From NCBI RefSeq assembly GCF_009914755.1, contig NC_060931.1: a DNA stretch of 64,000 bases; one strand, given 5' to 3'. This document shows positions 27,516 to 43,236 of the stretch, piece after piece. Under the pieces are notes generated by a model. That model was not told the origin of the DNA, made no database searches, and saw only the letters and a program-made list of their open reading frames with translations. Both the position numbers and the translations under genes were made by a program. Position 1 is the stretch's first letter. Every line of letters begins with the position of its first letter. This DNA is from the human T2T-CHM13v2.0 reference genome, Homo sapiens.

Positions 27516-28101
27516 GTTTCCCCCGCCTGTAACCCAGGCCTCCCTCCCCGGGGACTGGTACACACAGGTCAGCATGGCCAGTTTCCCCCGCCTGTAACCC
27601 AGGCCTCCTGCCCCCGGGACTGGTATGTACAGGTCAGCATGGCCAGTTTCCCCCGCCTGTAACCCAGGCCTCCTGCCCCCGGGACTGGTATGTACAGGTC
27701 AGCATGGCCAGTTTCCCCCTCCTGTCACCCTGGCCACCTGCCCCCGGGGCTGGTATGTACAGGTCAGCACGGCCAGTTTCCCCCTCCTGTAACCCAGTCC
27801 TCCCGCCCCCGGTGCTGGTATGTACAGGTCAGCACGGCTAGTTTCCACTGCCTGTAACCCAGGCCTCCCGTCCCCGGGGCTGGTACACACAGGTCAGCAC
27901 GGCCAGGTTCCCACTCCTGTCACCCTGGCCTCCTGCCCCTAGGGCTGGTACACACAGGTCAGCACGGCCAGTTTCCTCCGCCCGGAACCCTGGCCTCCTG
28001 CCCTCGGGCCTGGTATGTACAGGTCAGCACGGCCAGTTTCCACCGCCCGTAACCCAGGCTTCCTGCCCCCGGGGCTGGTACGTACAGGTCAGCACGGCCA
28101 G
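27516..28101. repeat. 65-bp minisatellite, 9 copies, overlapping the 3' end and donor site of the 148-nt exon
   Basis: The junction motif recurs at 27566, 27631, 27696, 27761, 27826, 27891, 27956, 28021 and 28086. Confidence 0.96.
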
Positions 28102-28233
28102 GGAGCGGTTCTTGGGCACGTTCTCCTCCCTCTGGGCCACGAACGAGCTGTTGGGCTCCGCCTGGTAGGCGCACAGCGCTTCCCACTCCTTCTCCAGCCG
28201 GTTCTTGTTCTTCAGGTGGTCCTCCATGTAGGA
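28086..28233 (-). CDS. PTPRN2: PTPRN2 coding exon (148 nt, phase 0/1) [49 protein letters not shown]
   Basis: Acceptor TTTCCCTTTCAG|TCC, donor ACCT|GTACGT; the final T joins AT of the next exon to give Tyr; the PTP motif-1 region reads KNRS. Confidence 0.96.
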
Positions 28234-30799
28234 CTGAAAGGGAAACACAGGGTCAGGAGCGCACCTAGGTGGTGAGCCCAGACCGGCAGATGCACAAAAG
28301 GCAGCGGAGGCCTTTGCACTCGCCGCGTGGGCCATGCCCACCTTGCTCACGAGCCTGGGCCATGGTGCGACGTTGTGCTACGGTGCACAATGCATATCAT
28401 ACCATGCAACCGTTAAGTGAAATATGTGCATTGTTAACACACATTTTACATATGTAAATATAAACTCCGGTGTTTGGGAATCAGTTTACCGCTGAGATGA
28501 CAACAATTATCACATGCTTTAACGACAGGGCCAGGGAGCTCAGACCAAGCTCTCGGTGGGGCTGCTCCGCGTGCCCATTTCTGCTTGCATGGAAGTCATT
28601 TTTCTTAAAACCGGCGCACGTTTCTGAACCCACTGGGTGTGATGCAGTTGAGAGACTGGGCTGCTCTGATCTGTGCAAAATGCGGGACAGCTTCTAGCAT
28701 GAAACAAACACAAATGGATGGAAGCAAATATTTTAACCCTTGGCTGTTTCGATCTTAATTTTTCTGGTGCTTGTCGTTGAGCATTACTATGAGTAGACAA
28801 GGAAACAAAGGCCTCCTGAAAATTCCCTTCCACAAAAACCCCCATGCCGCCAGCACAGCCCACTCGGTTCTTATTCATCTGTACCGTTGAGAACAAGCCC
28901 TGATTTTAAGAAAGAACATTTCAAAGGACCAAACCCAGCTGCACTATGGCACCACAGGAAGTGACGGCCTCGTCTGCTGTCACTCTGCTTGTGGATTTGC
29001 AAGGTACTGTGTGTCATGTGTAGACACAGGTTCCAAGTGTGTCCACACGAGAAAATAAAGCATGCATGTGTACACATGGTCCTTTGCTGCAAAGCGGCCA
29101 CGCATTCCAATGTCAGGCCCGGGGTCCAAGCCCTTCTCACCTTCTGCCCACCCCCTGACATCCCCTTCGATTGATCCGAGGAGCTGGGATGGTCCCTCCC
29201 TGCCCACTGGGGCCCGTTCCAGGAGACAGGTAGAGAAAGAGACACAGAGGGAGGGAGGGCTGGACACGGCGAGGCGGGAATCTCAGGTCATCGTGCCGTC
29301 TAGTGGAAGTTTTGACCACAGCCAACCTGAACCCATGCAGCAAACACACACCCTGCTGTGCTGGCCCAGCTCACACGGGAGCAGGTGCATCGGGCACCTG
29401 TGCTGTTTGCGCGACACCCCCGCATCTGGGTGGGTGTGGTGGTGAGGGACAATCGCCTGGCTCAGGGTGGGCACTCTAAGGCCGTCTGTTGGGAGGTCCC
29501 AGGTTGTCACTGTCACCCCCACCATGGCCCTGCTTGAGCTAGTTGGGAAAAGCAGAGGGACTCCAGTGCCGTTGAGAAGCCGCACCGACTGCCTGCTCCA
29601 CGCAGCGAACGCTTTTCCCCCACCACACCTTGAGCCTTGGGAGCACACCTGCGCCAGGAACAGAAACATCAGGGCTGCTCTGAGCCAAAGCGAACGAGTT
29701 CATCTACTCCCGTCACCAGCCCCGACACCCAGGAAGCCTCGTGGTTTCCTTGTGCATGGAAGAAGCACCCCACAGAGATGTCTCGAGTTGTGAAATTAGG
29801 CAAAATTCAAATGGCTCAATCTAGGAAATGCTACACATTCTTTCTTTTGAGACAATCATTATGGAACATCAAATTCATATTTTTGTACCAAAGTTACCCT
29901 AATAGGAAAAACATTTTTGGATGATATAATATTTAAGTTTTGTGAAAATACTGACCAGCTCATCTAGCCCAAATCTGGTGTGTGAGGGAAGCTGGGAGGT
30001 TGATAGTTATGGTGAAAGGATAGTCCCAGTCTGTTTCTGTGGCTACTTTTCTCAAGTTGGGCTTACGTAGAGTTCTACAAATAGGTAGGTCGAAAATGGT
30101 TCCTGGCAAAATCATTCTGGGTCCTAGCTTTTCTTTGAAAAATGCTCTTTTCATAAAATCCATCACAAACAAATGGGCTTCCTTCAGTAAAACATGATGG
30201 GTTCTAAAATGATGAACCCTAGCAGGTTTAATCCAATCGAAAATATTATCTGCAAAAGAGGCACTGGATATTATCTTAATTCGTATAAACTACAGCTATT
30301 TAAATTCTCACATTTATCTTAACTATAGGAAGCAAAATTACACTCTAAGTTCTCTTGAATTTCTAAATTTATGGCAAAAATATAAACTGAGCCTGTGTGG
30401 CCCAAGGTTGGGTGGTAGGAGGGAGGAAGAGGTAGATACTGACGCGATGTTTTTTCACGGAGAATGAAGTCATCTGCAGAGGCACGTGACTCTATTAAAA
30501 CTGAGATAGAGCTGACATCTCTCTGCACACGCCACTCCAGTGGGCTGTGTTTGTCCCGTTCTGCTCATTTCAATTTGATCTGTTCTGTATTCTTCTATCA
30601 ATATTTTTTATGAAACATCCTTTGTGATATTAAACTGATGAAATATCCCCCAACTACATCTTAGGAGTCTTTTTTCTCTTTCATGGCTTGTAGATAAGAT
30701 GCTTTTCATCTGTGAGTCTGTGGGGAAGCTAGGCCTTCATAGCAAAGTAATGTTTTAAACAATGAAAGCAAAACCAAAAGGTACCACGGGAGCTTAGTA

Positions 30800-31431
<632 letters not shown>

Positions 31432-31590
31432 TACTGTGGTCATCCTGCATGTGAACTTGGACAAGTATAGCAACTCTACTCAGACGTCTTCTGGAATTAT
31501 TAGGAAATTAACATGTAATTTAAACAGTATTTGTGGCTTTTCCCTGGTAGTGGGCATTTAGCTATAGGTGTTTTTAAAACTGACATTTAA

Positions 31591-32485
31591 GCAAACAAAT
31601 CAGTAAGAAAAAAAAACACAATCCTATCAAAAAGTGGGCTAAGGACATGAATAGACAATTCTCAAAAGAAGATATACAAATGACCAACAGACATATGAAA
31701 AAATGCTCAACATCACTAATGATCAGGGAAATGCATATCAAAACCACAATGCAATACCACCTTCCTCCTGCAAGAATGGCCATAACCAAAAAATCAATAA
31801 ACAGTAGATGTTGGTGTGGATGCAGTGAACAGGGAACACTTCTTCGCTGCTGATGGGAATGTAAACTAGTACAGCCACTATAGAAAACAGTGTGGAGATT
31901 TGTTAAAGAACTAAAAGTAGAAATACCATATGATCCGGCAATCCCACTACTGGGTATTTACCTAGAGGAAAAGATGTCATTATACGAAAAATATACTTGC
32001 ACATGCATGTTTATAGCAGCACAATTCACAGCTATAAAATTGTGGAACAAACCCAAATGCTTATCAATCAATGAGAGGATAAGGAAACTGTGGTACATAC
32101 ATATGATGGAATACTACACAGCCATAAAAAGGAATGAATTAACAGCATTTGCAGTGACCCGGATGAGACTGGAGACTATTCTTCCAAGTTAAGTAACTCA
32201 GGAATGGAAAACCCAACCATATGTTCTCACTAATATGTGGGAGCTAAGCTATGAGGATGCAGAGGCATAAGAAAGATACAATGGACTTTGGGGACTTGAG
32301 GGGAGGAGAAGGAGGGGGGCGAGGGATAAAAGATTAACAAATATGGTGCAGTGTATACTGCTCAGGTGATATGTCACCAAAATCTCACAAATCACCACTA
32401 AAGAACTTATTCATGTAACTAAATACCACCTGTACCCCAATAAATGGAAAAAAATCATAAAAAAGTTAGCTCAGAAAAAAAACCT
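31591..32485 (+). mobile_element. 5'-truncated LINE-1 (L1PB-like): ORF2 C-terminus plus 3' UTR
   Basis: Translated remnants [12 protein letters not shown]...KKCSTSL and [21 protein letters not shown]; A-rich tail; TSD TGACATTTAA at 31581 and 32486. Confidence 0.92.
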
Positions 32486-32764
32486 TGACATTTAAATTCT
32501 TTTATTTTATAGATGAGTGCATGTGTGAGAGAGTGTGGTGGTGGGACGGCTTAGTTTCTTAAGGCACTGCAACTTTTGTTACATAAATAGCATATGTAGA
32601 AAAGAAAAGAAAATGAAGATAAGCAGAATGGCAACGAATAACCCCAGGGCCCACAGCAAACTGTAAGGCAACCTTTTCCCCCAGTGCTGAGTACCTTCAT
32701 TTCAGCTTTGGACATCCTCAACAGAATACAATTTACTGCTTTAAAGTGAAAAAATGCAGAGATG

Positions 32765-32870
32765 AGGCTCACATCTTACAGATAAGGAAACCAAGGCCTA
32801 GAGAAGGTAAGCAATTGGTCCACAGCCCCCAGCAGCCAGTGGCAGCACCAAAGCCTGAGCCTGGCCTCTG
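32765..32870. mobile_element. MIR fragment
   Basis: catcttacagataaggaaaccaaggcctagagaaggtaagcaattggtcc. Confidence 0.6.
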
Positions 32871-35800
32871 AAATGCCCTGTGGGTTTTCTCCTGGCCCGT
32901 CACTGCAGCCTTCTCGCTGATCTTCTTACCATCGCTTCCCCTTTCCAGTTGCTTTTTCACTGAACGACCAGGTTGGCGTTTCTGGTGCAAAATATAACCT
33001 ATTTAAAAAAATTACCAAGGGTGCCTAGACTAGCATTGTCCTTTTTCTGAATTTCCTTTTACTAATCTGATACTTTCTATCCCATAAGACTGCTTCTCAG
33101 CCTTTGCCCCGTCCCCACCGCCATCCTTCTCTACATTTTGTGCTGATTTTTCTGTAATGAACCGACCCAGACTTCAAGGTGCAGTTCAGACAACACTTCC
33201 TCCTCCAGGAGTCCGGTCAGGACATGCCCATTACCTACCCCACCCCATGATCTTTCTTCCCTATAACCCACCCCCCACATCAAACAGTTACTACTTCAAA
33301 CATACGTCTCTGTGGCATTCGTCACATTCTTCCTGTTGCTTTAACTGTGGGTTTCAAGCTCTGATTCTTCTCATGAGATTAATTTTTTTAGGGCAGGGAC
33401 TGTGTTTCAGCTGCTCAGCACAGGCAGCAAGCACTCAGCCAATATCTGTGGAATAATAATGCATAATCTGGAAATCTCTACAAGTGATTTATATTATAGG
33501 TAAACATTTTATTTTGATGATGGGCATCCAAAACACTGCCTTTGAATCTTCTGAAACTTGGAAGAACTTCTCCAAAAAGGAGCATAAGGAACTTGGAATG
33601 TTTTACTATACATGACCTTGCTGCCATCTTCCTTTCTGGGGTTGCCCAGCAAACATCACTGTAACTCATGACAGACAGGTGTCAGCTCATTGAGTGTTCC
33701 TGTAACAACCTGAACCTAACAGCAGTCGTATAAATTTGGAAGGGCAACAGTTCAGAGAGCTCTTCTCTACAAGTCTCCTCCACAACTCTTCTCCTTTTTT
33801 CACATCTCCCTCATTCTCCACAGTCCAGGTCCCAGGTGGGGTGCTCCATCTCCCCTGGAGCCTTCTCAGTGGCCTCCAGGCACCAGTGTGCACCGCACCT
33901 GCAGCTGGGTCTCCTCCGGGGCGTGAGCTCCTGGTGGTCAGGGACCCCTTCTCACACCGTGTCCCACTTCACACAGCTCCTTGCTCTGGGCTCTCCGTCA
34001 GTGCCTCTGAGTTGAAGCTTTATGAAGAAAGCTCTAGAATGAGCTGACTGAGGCTGACAATACCAGAGGGAGTGAGCCAGTGAAGGCGGGATTGCACCAC
34101 AATGCGTGCTCACATCAGGAAATCCATGAAGAGTGAAAACAGGGAGCGAAGAATTGGTGGTGAATCTCAGTCGATGCAGGCTGAAGTGCTTAGGGAAGTT
34201 GGAGTTGCTGTCTGTTCCCTGATCCTTAGGAAGCGTTTGGAGGTGTGTCTTTCGTCTTTTAGAGCTGCTTGCTCTATAATTTTGGGTTTTGAAGGGCTCT
34301 TGGCTGGGAGAACTCAGTCTGACATTTTCATATTTTTAAACTCCATTAAGGGAATTTTACTTAAGCTGTTTCTAGATAAGCCCTGAGTGAAAAGGTGTCT
34401 CCAACCTTCTCAAATTCTCATACTTCCTGAGGGCCTAGACATGATGTGCTTGTGGAAGAGTGAATTCCTAGATCAAACCATTCATGGAGAAAGCTACGGG
34501 GACTCAGGAAGTGGGTTTCCCAAGGGTGTTGCCAACATTCACTATCTGACGTAGATCCCAGAGCACACGACATCCACACCACAGCAGCTGAAGATGTGGC
34601 TGCATTCTTTTTCGCGTTCTCACCCTTTGAGAATGACACCATCAGCGCTCACATAATCTACTTTGTTAGAGATATGAACTCAATCTAAGGTTTCCCCTGT
34701 CATCCTTCTCCCGTTTCTGAATCCATCCTGCCAGTCCCTGTCTCATGGTGTTTTCTAGCTCATCCTACGAGACCATTTAGGGTTGGAGCATTAAGGACAG
34801 TCACTGGGTCACAAGACTGGGTGCTGCTAGACGGGTTTTGGAGGAAACAGCCTCCATGTGTCAGGCAAACCAACTGGCTTCCACATTTAATGGAATCATT
34901 ATACACAGAACCCCAAAATTTGTGTAACAAAAGTGTGATTGCCATGAACACTTTGAGGGAGAATGTGTTCACAATGTATTACATAGCACAAATGTCGTCA
35001 GCACCGTCTTCCGGTCAAATGGTCAACACCTTGAGGTCAAGGGGCTGATTTCTAGGAACACGGAGCACAGACAGTCCAGAACACAACAGTGTCTGTTAAC
35101 GATTGCAAGAGCACCTTCTCTTCAGGAGAGGAACCACCCTGTCACTCGCAGAGATGAACATGGAAAGGAGCTTCTGTGGAACAGGAACGCACATGAACAC
35201 ACTGGGAAGGCACTGGACTTTGTGTTGATAGAGTTCTTAACAGTCTTACACAGAACGGTGTGGGTCCCTCCCACAGCTACTTTTTGGCGTGGAGCCTTCC
35301 GGCAAGTCAGGCCATCTGACTGAGCCCCACGGGTGCACCCCTTCGTAACCTGGTCATCACAGCTCACAGGGGAGAGCCAGAGTCTATGTTCCCAAGGAGG
35401 TTTTGAGGGGTGATGCGTGAATATGGGAGACACAGTAGAAGGTGTGTGCCCGGGGATGGGGTGCGGGACGGTCTCAGTGTTTCAGTAGAGGAAGAGGGTA
35501 CTGGAAAGACTCCTGAGTTCCCTCCCACGCTCTGTGGCTGCACTGCGGTTCTGGGGAGACTCTTATCCTCTTGTTTAAGGAAATACAACATGTCCACTCT
35601 CTTCTGTTCACTTCTTTTTTGAAGAGGGAAATATTTCATGGCCTGTCTTCAGGAGAGGAAATCCTAGGAAATGCCTGTTTAAGAGACTATGTGACACTAA
35701 ACTGCTAGTTAACAAGGACAATTTCTCCGGTGGGAAGAGCACACCAGCATCCCGTGTGCATCTGATGCAGGACCCGCTCACACGAAACATGCTCGCCTTC

Positions 35801-38166
35801 CTGTTGGCACCAGGAGGAAGTGCAGCTGCCACCTCTGAGTACTGGGGTAGTGCATCTGGAGACTTGTAAAGGGTCCAGATGTGGTTCCATGTGAATCCCG
35901 TCCACAGGCACTGGGATCCTGGGTCAGCCAATGCTGATTCACCTGTTCCTGCAGACCCTGCTGCCAAAGACACCGCAGAACCCATGGGGAGGCAGAAGAA
36001 AGGCTGGAGCAGGTCAGTGCTATTTCAGCTCCATTCAGAGTCACAGAAATTAGGTTATTTTGGCATCTATCTGTTGGCTGTAACAATGAAGAAGTGAGAT
36101 ACTGAGAGGTGCAAGATGATTTATTATTATTATTAAAAATAATAATGAGAATAAACTCCCACCATGCAATACTAAAACTCCTAAGGAGTCCTAAGGACTC
36201 CTAAAACTCAGTGGACTATTTAAAAATGAGCAAAAGCCGGTCCATCTGGCATTATTTCTCATCAATCAAACCACTCGTGCAGTGGAAAGTGAGTCCCCAC
36301 GGATGACTGGAGGCGCCCATCATCACTCCGTGGGTCTTCGGATATGGGACGAGTGGAAACTGTCCTGGTGAAACTTCGTTCCTACAACGATGCTGCCAGC
36401 AGTGGAGACTTCTTCCCACTGTAGAACAAGGCGTGTTAAAGAAAGCTGGGCTTTGGGGAACCCAGTCATTACTGGGAAGGCTATACTTCTCTTTTCTACA
36501 ATGGCGCCTATTGCAGCACAATGCCCTTTAATTTACTGAACATTACAATCAAACCTTTTGTTAAAACGAATAATAGAATCCCTTTACATTTTCCTTCTTG
36601 TGACGAGACCACAGGTTTGTGTGTTGAAGTCACAAGTTAGAGTAATGCTTTTAAAAGCAAGGACTAAGCTGCTTCCACTGCCACTTGGGGAAATGATGAC
36701 CTTTTCTTTCTTTAAAAATAAACACAGTCACCTGTCTTCATTAATACATGAACGGGAAATATTCATGTTAAATTTTTGAATTCCAAAAGTAGGACAATTG
36801 AATTCCAAGCAAAACTGTGAAAAGATGAAAGGAGAAGTTCGATGAGGTTGATTGTCCTGGCTCAGCACACACAGCTATGGGGGCTTCGGGAGCAGCAAAC
36901 CCTTGATGAGAAGGTATTTTATTGTCTGTAGATTGCTGCATCTGGCATATTTTAAATATTATTTGTTAATATTATGCAGCAGGAATGTTAAAATATTTAA
37001 AATTAGAAATTCAAAGTAGTACATGTGAACACAAAGAAGAACAGATAATGGTTAAAGGATCAGAAGATAGTTTCACTATTTCTTAGTTTAAGAAAGCTCT
37101 TCCTGAAACAGGAATCCCGACCCATACGACCATATTCAACTTGCCATCTCACTCTCAGAAAGCAATGCCCACAACGTGAGGCGGCAGGGAGTGAACCGGC
37201 TTCTTCACCATCCCGCTCCTCTAACACACCGTGTGCCCGTCACGGCAGCACCTTTGACTTGCCATGGAATTACGGGTCTTACTCAACAGCTGAAACAGGC
37301 ATTGTTCCGGCTCTCCAAACAAGCAACTTGAGATGCAGGGCAGATATGCACACATTACCAAAAGGCACAGGCCCATGGCAGCCAACTCGAAGTGTGCCTG
37401 CATGCCAGGGTGGAGTTTGCTCGGGAGAAGCAAACACACGGTTTTGGAATTCAGCCTCTGGGTCATCCGTACAAAGCCAAAAAGAAGTAGAAATGGGACC
37501 CAAGGAATTAACAAGAGTGTGTGAAAGACCATTCATGGGGTCTTCTCGCTTTTGATCACATTTTAAAAACTGCTTTCCTGACAACTTGTTTGTAAGGAGG
37601 AGGCATTCCCACACGTATCTGCAGTAAGTCATATGCTTCCCTTACCGCAGGGAACTGGGAAGTGGTCAACACAGATGAAACTGGCAAAAGCCTCCTCCTG
37701 TGGGCACCACAACTGGCTTCCCTGATGGATGTGAATTAATGCCATTTATTCCAAGCTCTTTCTCTGAGAGTTTTGTCTCCAGCTGACCTATTCTGAGGAC
37801 CACCTAGAATCTCTGGCAAGCCCAGAGACCCTTGAAAACTGTTCTCCCTGCGTCTTAATGTGACTTAGAAATCCATTTCCATTCTTTGCCTTGTTACCAA
37901 TCAAACTGTGGAGTAACAGAAAATTATAAACCATTAAGGTAGTGGAGAAAAGTTCAAATACTTCAAAATGGAATCTTCCGGAGAAAGTCCCCAGTTGGTA
38001 TGCAGTTCGGGTGGAGAAGGTGAAGTAGCAGCGGCAGGAACAAAGCGTAGAAGGGGAAACAACGTGTGGTGCGTGTTGGTTTTGAGACCGGGAACGCTAC
38101 TGAACTATCTGCTTTATTTAAAACTTTTTCATCATTGAAAAATAAATTCACTCACTGAGAATTAAG

Positions 38167-38605
<439 letters not shown>

Positions 38606-39814
38606 TCAAGAAAATGACATGCTTTTTTCAAAGTCCTGTTAGAAAAACACTGTAAGAGGACAGATTCCTTGCCTCTAATAGAGGCACTGGGACATGATCA
38701 CAGACCTTACGTACTTTCCGAAGAGCAAAGGGAAAGGAAGGTTAACTCTTTGCAAAGTGGTGTGTTAAGAGGACATGAAAACTGGCTCTATCTTGATTGA
38801 GTAGAAACTTTAATTAGTGTATTTTTATTATAATTTGGCTTTTGATGTTCCAAATCGATAACAAAGTCCAGAGTTGTAAGAAATCACACTGACAAAGGAG
38901 TTCTTACACAATGCCCAGGTGACCTGCAGGGTACTTCCTGGAGTCCACAGCCGGCCCAGTCTCTGCCTCACCTCTAGAAGGACTGCATGAAGACCTGCGA
39001 TGCGTGGAAAGGTGGCCTGGTGCACCAACGCCTGGTGATCCTCGATTTCAGTTTATGACTTCCACTAAACTTCTGTTACACATTTACAGAAAAATATGAC
39101 AATTTGATAAAGACTTAACAACAAAAACCCCAATGGAAGATGTTAATAGTGAACACATTGTGTTCTAGAAATGTTCTAATTAATAAACTTAAAAAGATAA
39201 GTAATTTTTTCCTTACCACCTACTCTTACTAAGTAGGGGAAAGTCTTGTTCTTTCATACGATTGATGGATTGTTTTACGTTGGGCATTTTTTAGCAAGAT
39301 ATCATATTAGGGAGTGTGCGTAGGAGGGGGTGACAGGGGTCACCTGCAGAAAGACTAAGAAAGAAGCTGTTTAATAATGGGGATGATGACAGAGGCATCA
39401 CTTTGTATTTCAGGCTGTCATTCTCAGAGAAGCGCAAAGAATTTTAAATGAACAATTTTATGAATCTTATTATCTTATTTAACATCTTAAAAATTAAGGT
39501 TATGTGAACATAGGTAAAATACAGAGATGAATGCTTATAAGCAATGGAAAATAATTCAGAGAATTATACTATGTTTTCCATAAATGTACAGCTATTAATA
39601 TTTAAATTTAGGGCAAAAGAGGTCTGCTTGGCATTCTAAGTGAAATGTGAATGCCTCATCTGGTTTTGGGACAGAGGGCTAAGAGCTGCTGTCATTTCTG
39701 TCGGATTCCTGCCGATGTTGTGGTGGTCTAGTCATCTGTCCCTTCAGTCATCCAGTTTGATTAAGCACGTCCTATAAGCCAGGGATGACCTAGGTTCGGG
39801 AGCACAGTAGTTAG

Positions 39815-40166
<352 letters not shown>

Positions 40167-42311
40167 TCATTAATTTCTTTAGCTGGAGGGCAGACCATCT
40201 GCAAGTAGATAAACACAGCTTTAAAAAGTGATTTCAGACAACAGTGAGTAGTAAGAAGATGCGGACAAGAGTCACGACGCAGAGCCTGGGTGTGGGGACG
40301 GGGTGCACCTGGGATGGCACTGAGGGGGCCCCTCTGAAGGGTAAACTCTCAGAGCCATGGGCCGAGTCCCCGATGCTAAGGACCTGGGCAGGGCCTGAGT
40401 GGGGGTGGGGTCCTACAGGGAAGGGCAGTGAAGGCTGGAGCCCAGGGCAGGAGGGCGTGGCCACTCCGGGAGGAGGGAAGGTCGGGGCTGCAGAGAAGGA
40501 ATGGATGTGAGGGCAACGGTGTCCGGCAGACCAGGAGCTGTTGGCCTGCAAGGACTCAGCAGTTTATTTTAAGAGCCACGGGAAGCTTTCATGAGTTTTA
40601 AGCCAAAGATGCTTGTGATGGTGGTTGATGGTGGCGCTTTTGGAAGACCACCCTGGTTCCCAGGTGGCAGTGCAGGATGCAAGTCAGGACTGCTGCAGCC
40701 CACCATGGAAGAGCAGGCAGTGGCTGTGGCATGGGGAACAGCGCGTGGGGAACAGCAGTGGAGGCGGGCGAATGAGAGAACTGGGCAGGGTGCACCGCGT
40801 CCTGCAGGCAACACGTCCTAGGATTCCCGTCTGCTCATCTGACCTGCCCTTCCTCACACACCTAAGTTGTCTTCAGCTCTTTAGCTTGCAAAATATTTTG
40901 TCATTGTTTAAACTCTTCACCCCTCACAGAACCACAGCAAGGAAAGACCCTAATGATTTGATCTGAGAAGCAAGGTCATACCTACCCTTAAGTTACCTGA
41001 AGTTAACAGTCTGGATAAAAATCTGAAAAATTCTATCCACAACTCTGATATTTCCAATAGCCTTCATGCTTTTGTTACATGGGCAAGACATTCAGATATT
41101 GAATGGCACTATTCAGCTTTCGTCAAAGTAAGTTTGCTCAAAGTACCATAGAAAATTAACTGCCCATAGCTAAACCCCAAATTTAAAATGTAAAGACAAC
41201 CGAATCACTAACCTAACCTGGGACGCCGTGATGTGCTTGTCCACAGATGAGGCAACTCCTGAAACACAGACCAAGGCATCCGGGTGCCTGTGTGCACACA
41301 GGGCTGCGTTGTCAATGCATCGCGACCGGGCATGGTCCTGGGAGTGAATTATCCCCCACAGGTCAGAGGGGCCGTACGACCTCTTCCAGACCCCCCGGGC
41401 TCCAGTTATTAAATGACTCCTGCAATCATGAACTGCTTTCCAAAGAACACAAAACAATTCTGTGAAAGATTCACAGGCTGACGTAGGCTGACAGGGGTTC
41501 TAGCCCATTAAATCCATTTCAAACTGAAACCAGGGAGACAGCAAGTTTGAGAAAACCAGAATTTTTAAAAGATGAAAACTGCACATCTGCAGTGGACGTG
41601 GTCACCTGCCTGTTGTCCTTGGACACCGCGTGTGGGAGGAGCCCAGAACTTTCTAAAGAACCTAACAGGCCTCCAGGTCCCAGATGTTCTGACCAGCCAG
41701 CATGTCTCGAGTGTGACGTTAAGTCCAGAACACACGTGAAGGACGGCACACTGGTCCATCTCCCTGGACGTCCTTTCTCCTGTCCACAGCGACACGGGCT
41801 CTAACCAGCCAACGCCACGTATATTGAGTCAGTGCCATTGGTTCAGTGGGAAGAATCATGAGGACAAAGATGTAAATGGCAGGTGTGCGTTAGGCACTCC
41901 CCATAAGCTAACTGTTTGCTCTTCATGGTGTCTCTAACGTCTGACATAGCCTGGTACACCCTACATGATCAGTAACCATGTGTTGGATGAACTCAGGGTA
42001 CAGGCACCCACGGAATTTCATTGTGGGAATGTGGGAGTGCCTCCCAGTTTCTGATCAAAGGCCTCTTGTGTCCAAGGCTGGTCATGTGTGCCAGGCACAT
42101 GGGTTTCAGGTAACAGTCACCTTCACTTTGGAAGTGCAGGTGCAATGTACTGAGCCACGGCAGTGCTGCCATGAAGGCGTTTCGGACAAATGGTTACCAG
42201 TGTTTCATGGAATGATTTTCTTCACCAATATTTGTCATTCACCATCTAAAATCAAGTGAACAATCAGAGGGGGAGAAGGGTACAGATCTGGGACAATAAA
42301 CCAATTTTCAT

Positions 42312-42591
42312 TTTTCTAGAATTTTCTCCTATATTTTATTGTCTTAGCCTCAGCTCTTTTCTCTGGCTAGCTTACAGACTCTCACCCCAGCCAGGATATC
42401 TGGATTTTCTAGAATTTTCTCCTATATTTTATTTTCTTAGCCTTAGCTGTTTTCTCTGGCTAGCTTACAGACTCTCACCCCAGCCAGGATATTTGGATTT
42501 TCTATAATTTTCTCCTATATTTTATTTTCTTAGCCTCAGCTCTTTCCTCTGGCTAGCTTACAGTCTCTCACCCCAGCCAGGACATTTGGAA
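42312..42591. repeat. 93-bp AT-rich tandem repeat, 3 copies
   Basis: Equivalent positions at 42318, 42411 and 42504. Confidence 0.93.
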
Positions 42592-43236
42592 CTATTGCAT
42601 AATCCATTCCCAGAATGCATGAGCAGCTCTGGACCCTATAAAATATTCATTCACTTTCAAAAATATTTGCACCCTGCTGTCAAATGTAGACAAAGTCACA
42701 TGAAGTATCAGGAAATCGCTATTTTAATGGCAAATACTTCCCCAACCCTCTCTTTCCACTAAAACATTTTCTTCAAAATTATTTTCATAAGAAAGATTAA
42801 CAATTTCAACATTAGCTGCTAATCCCCTTTCATTTAAAACTCTGCTGATAAAATTCTTTGCTTGTCATTCAAACAGTAAGTAATAATTATAGATTTGAGG
42901 CTTCCATCTCTGGCTTCATTAATGGTAAATTGCATGGAAGTCTGAAGCATAAGTCAGCTTTGATACATCTCAAAATGCAATTTCCATAGCTTCCCTTGGC
43001 TATGTACAATTAATTACACAGTTAATAAGGGAAATATGTTAATGAAAGGAACATTATTCATCAAGACCACCTGCCTTTACCAAATATCCTTTGTGTGTTT
43101 CTCTTCTTCTTGTAATTTTGGTCTACAGACAGTTAAAAAAAACAACAACAACAATTGACAGTGTGATGATTTTAATACCAGACTGCAGCTACTTCGATTA
43201 AAACAAGTCTAATGAAAAATTAATTCAGTCTTATAA

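Noticed and set aside
31647-32192. Functional L1 ORF2
   Set aside because: It is a short 5'-truncated fragment with stops and frameshifts.
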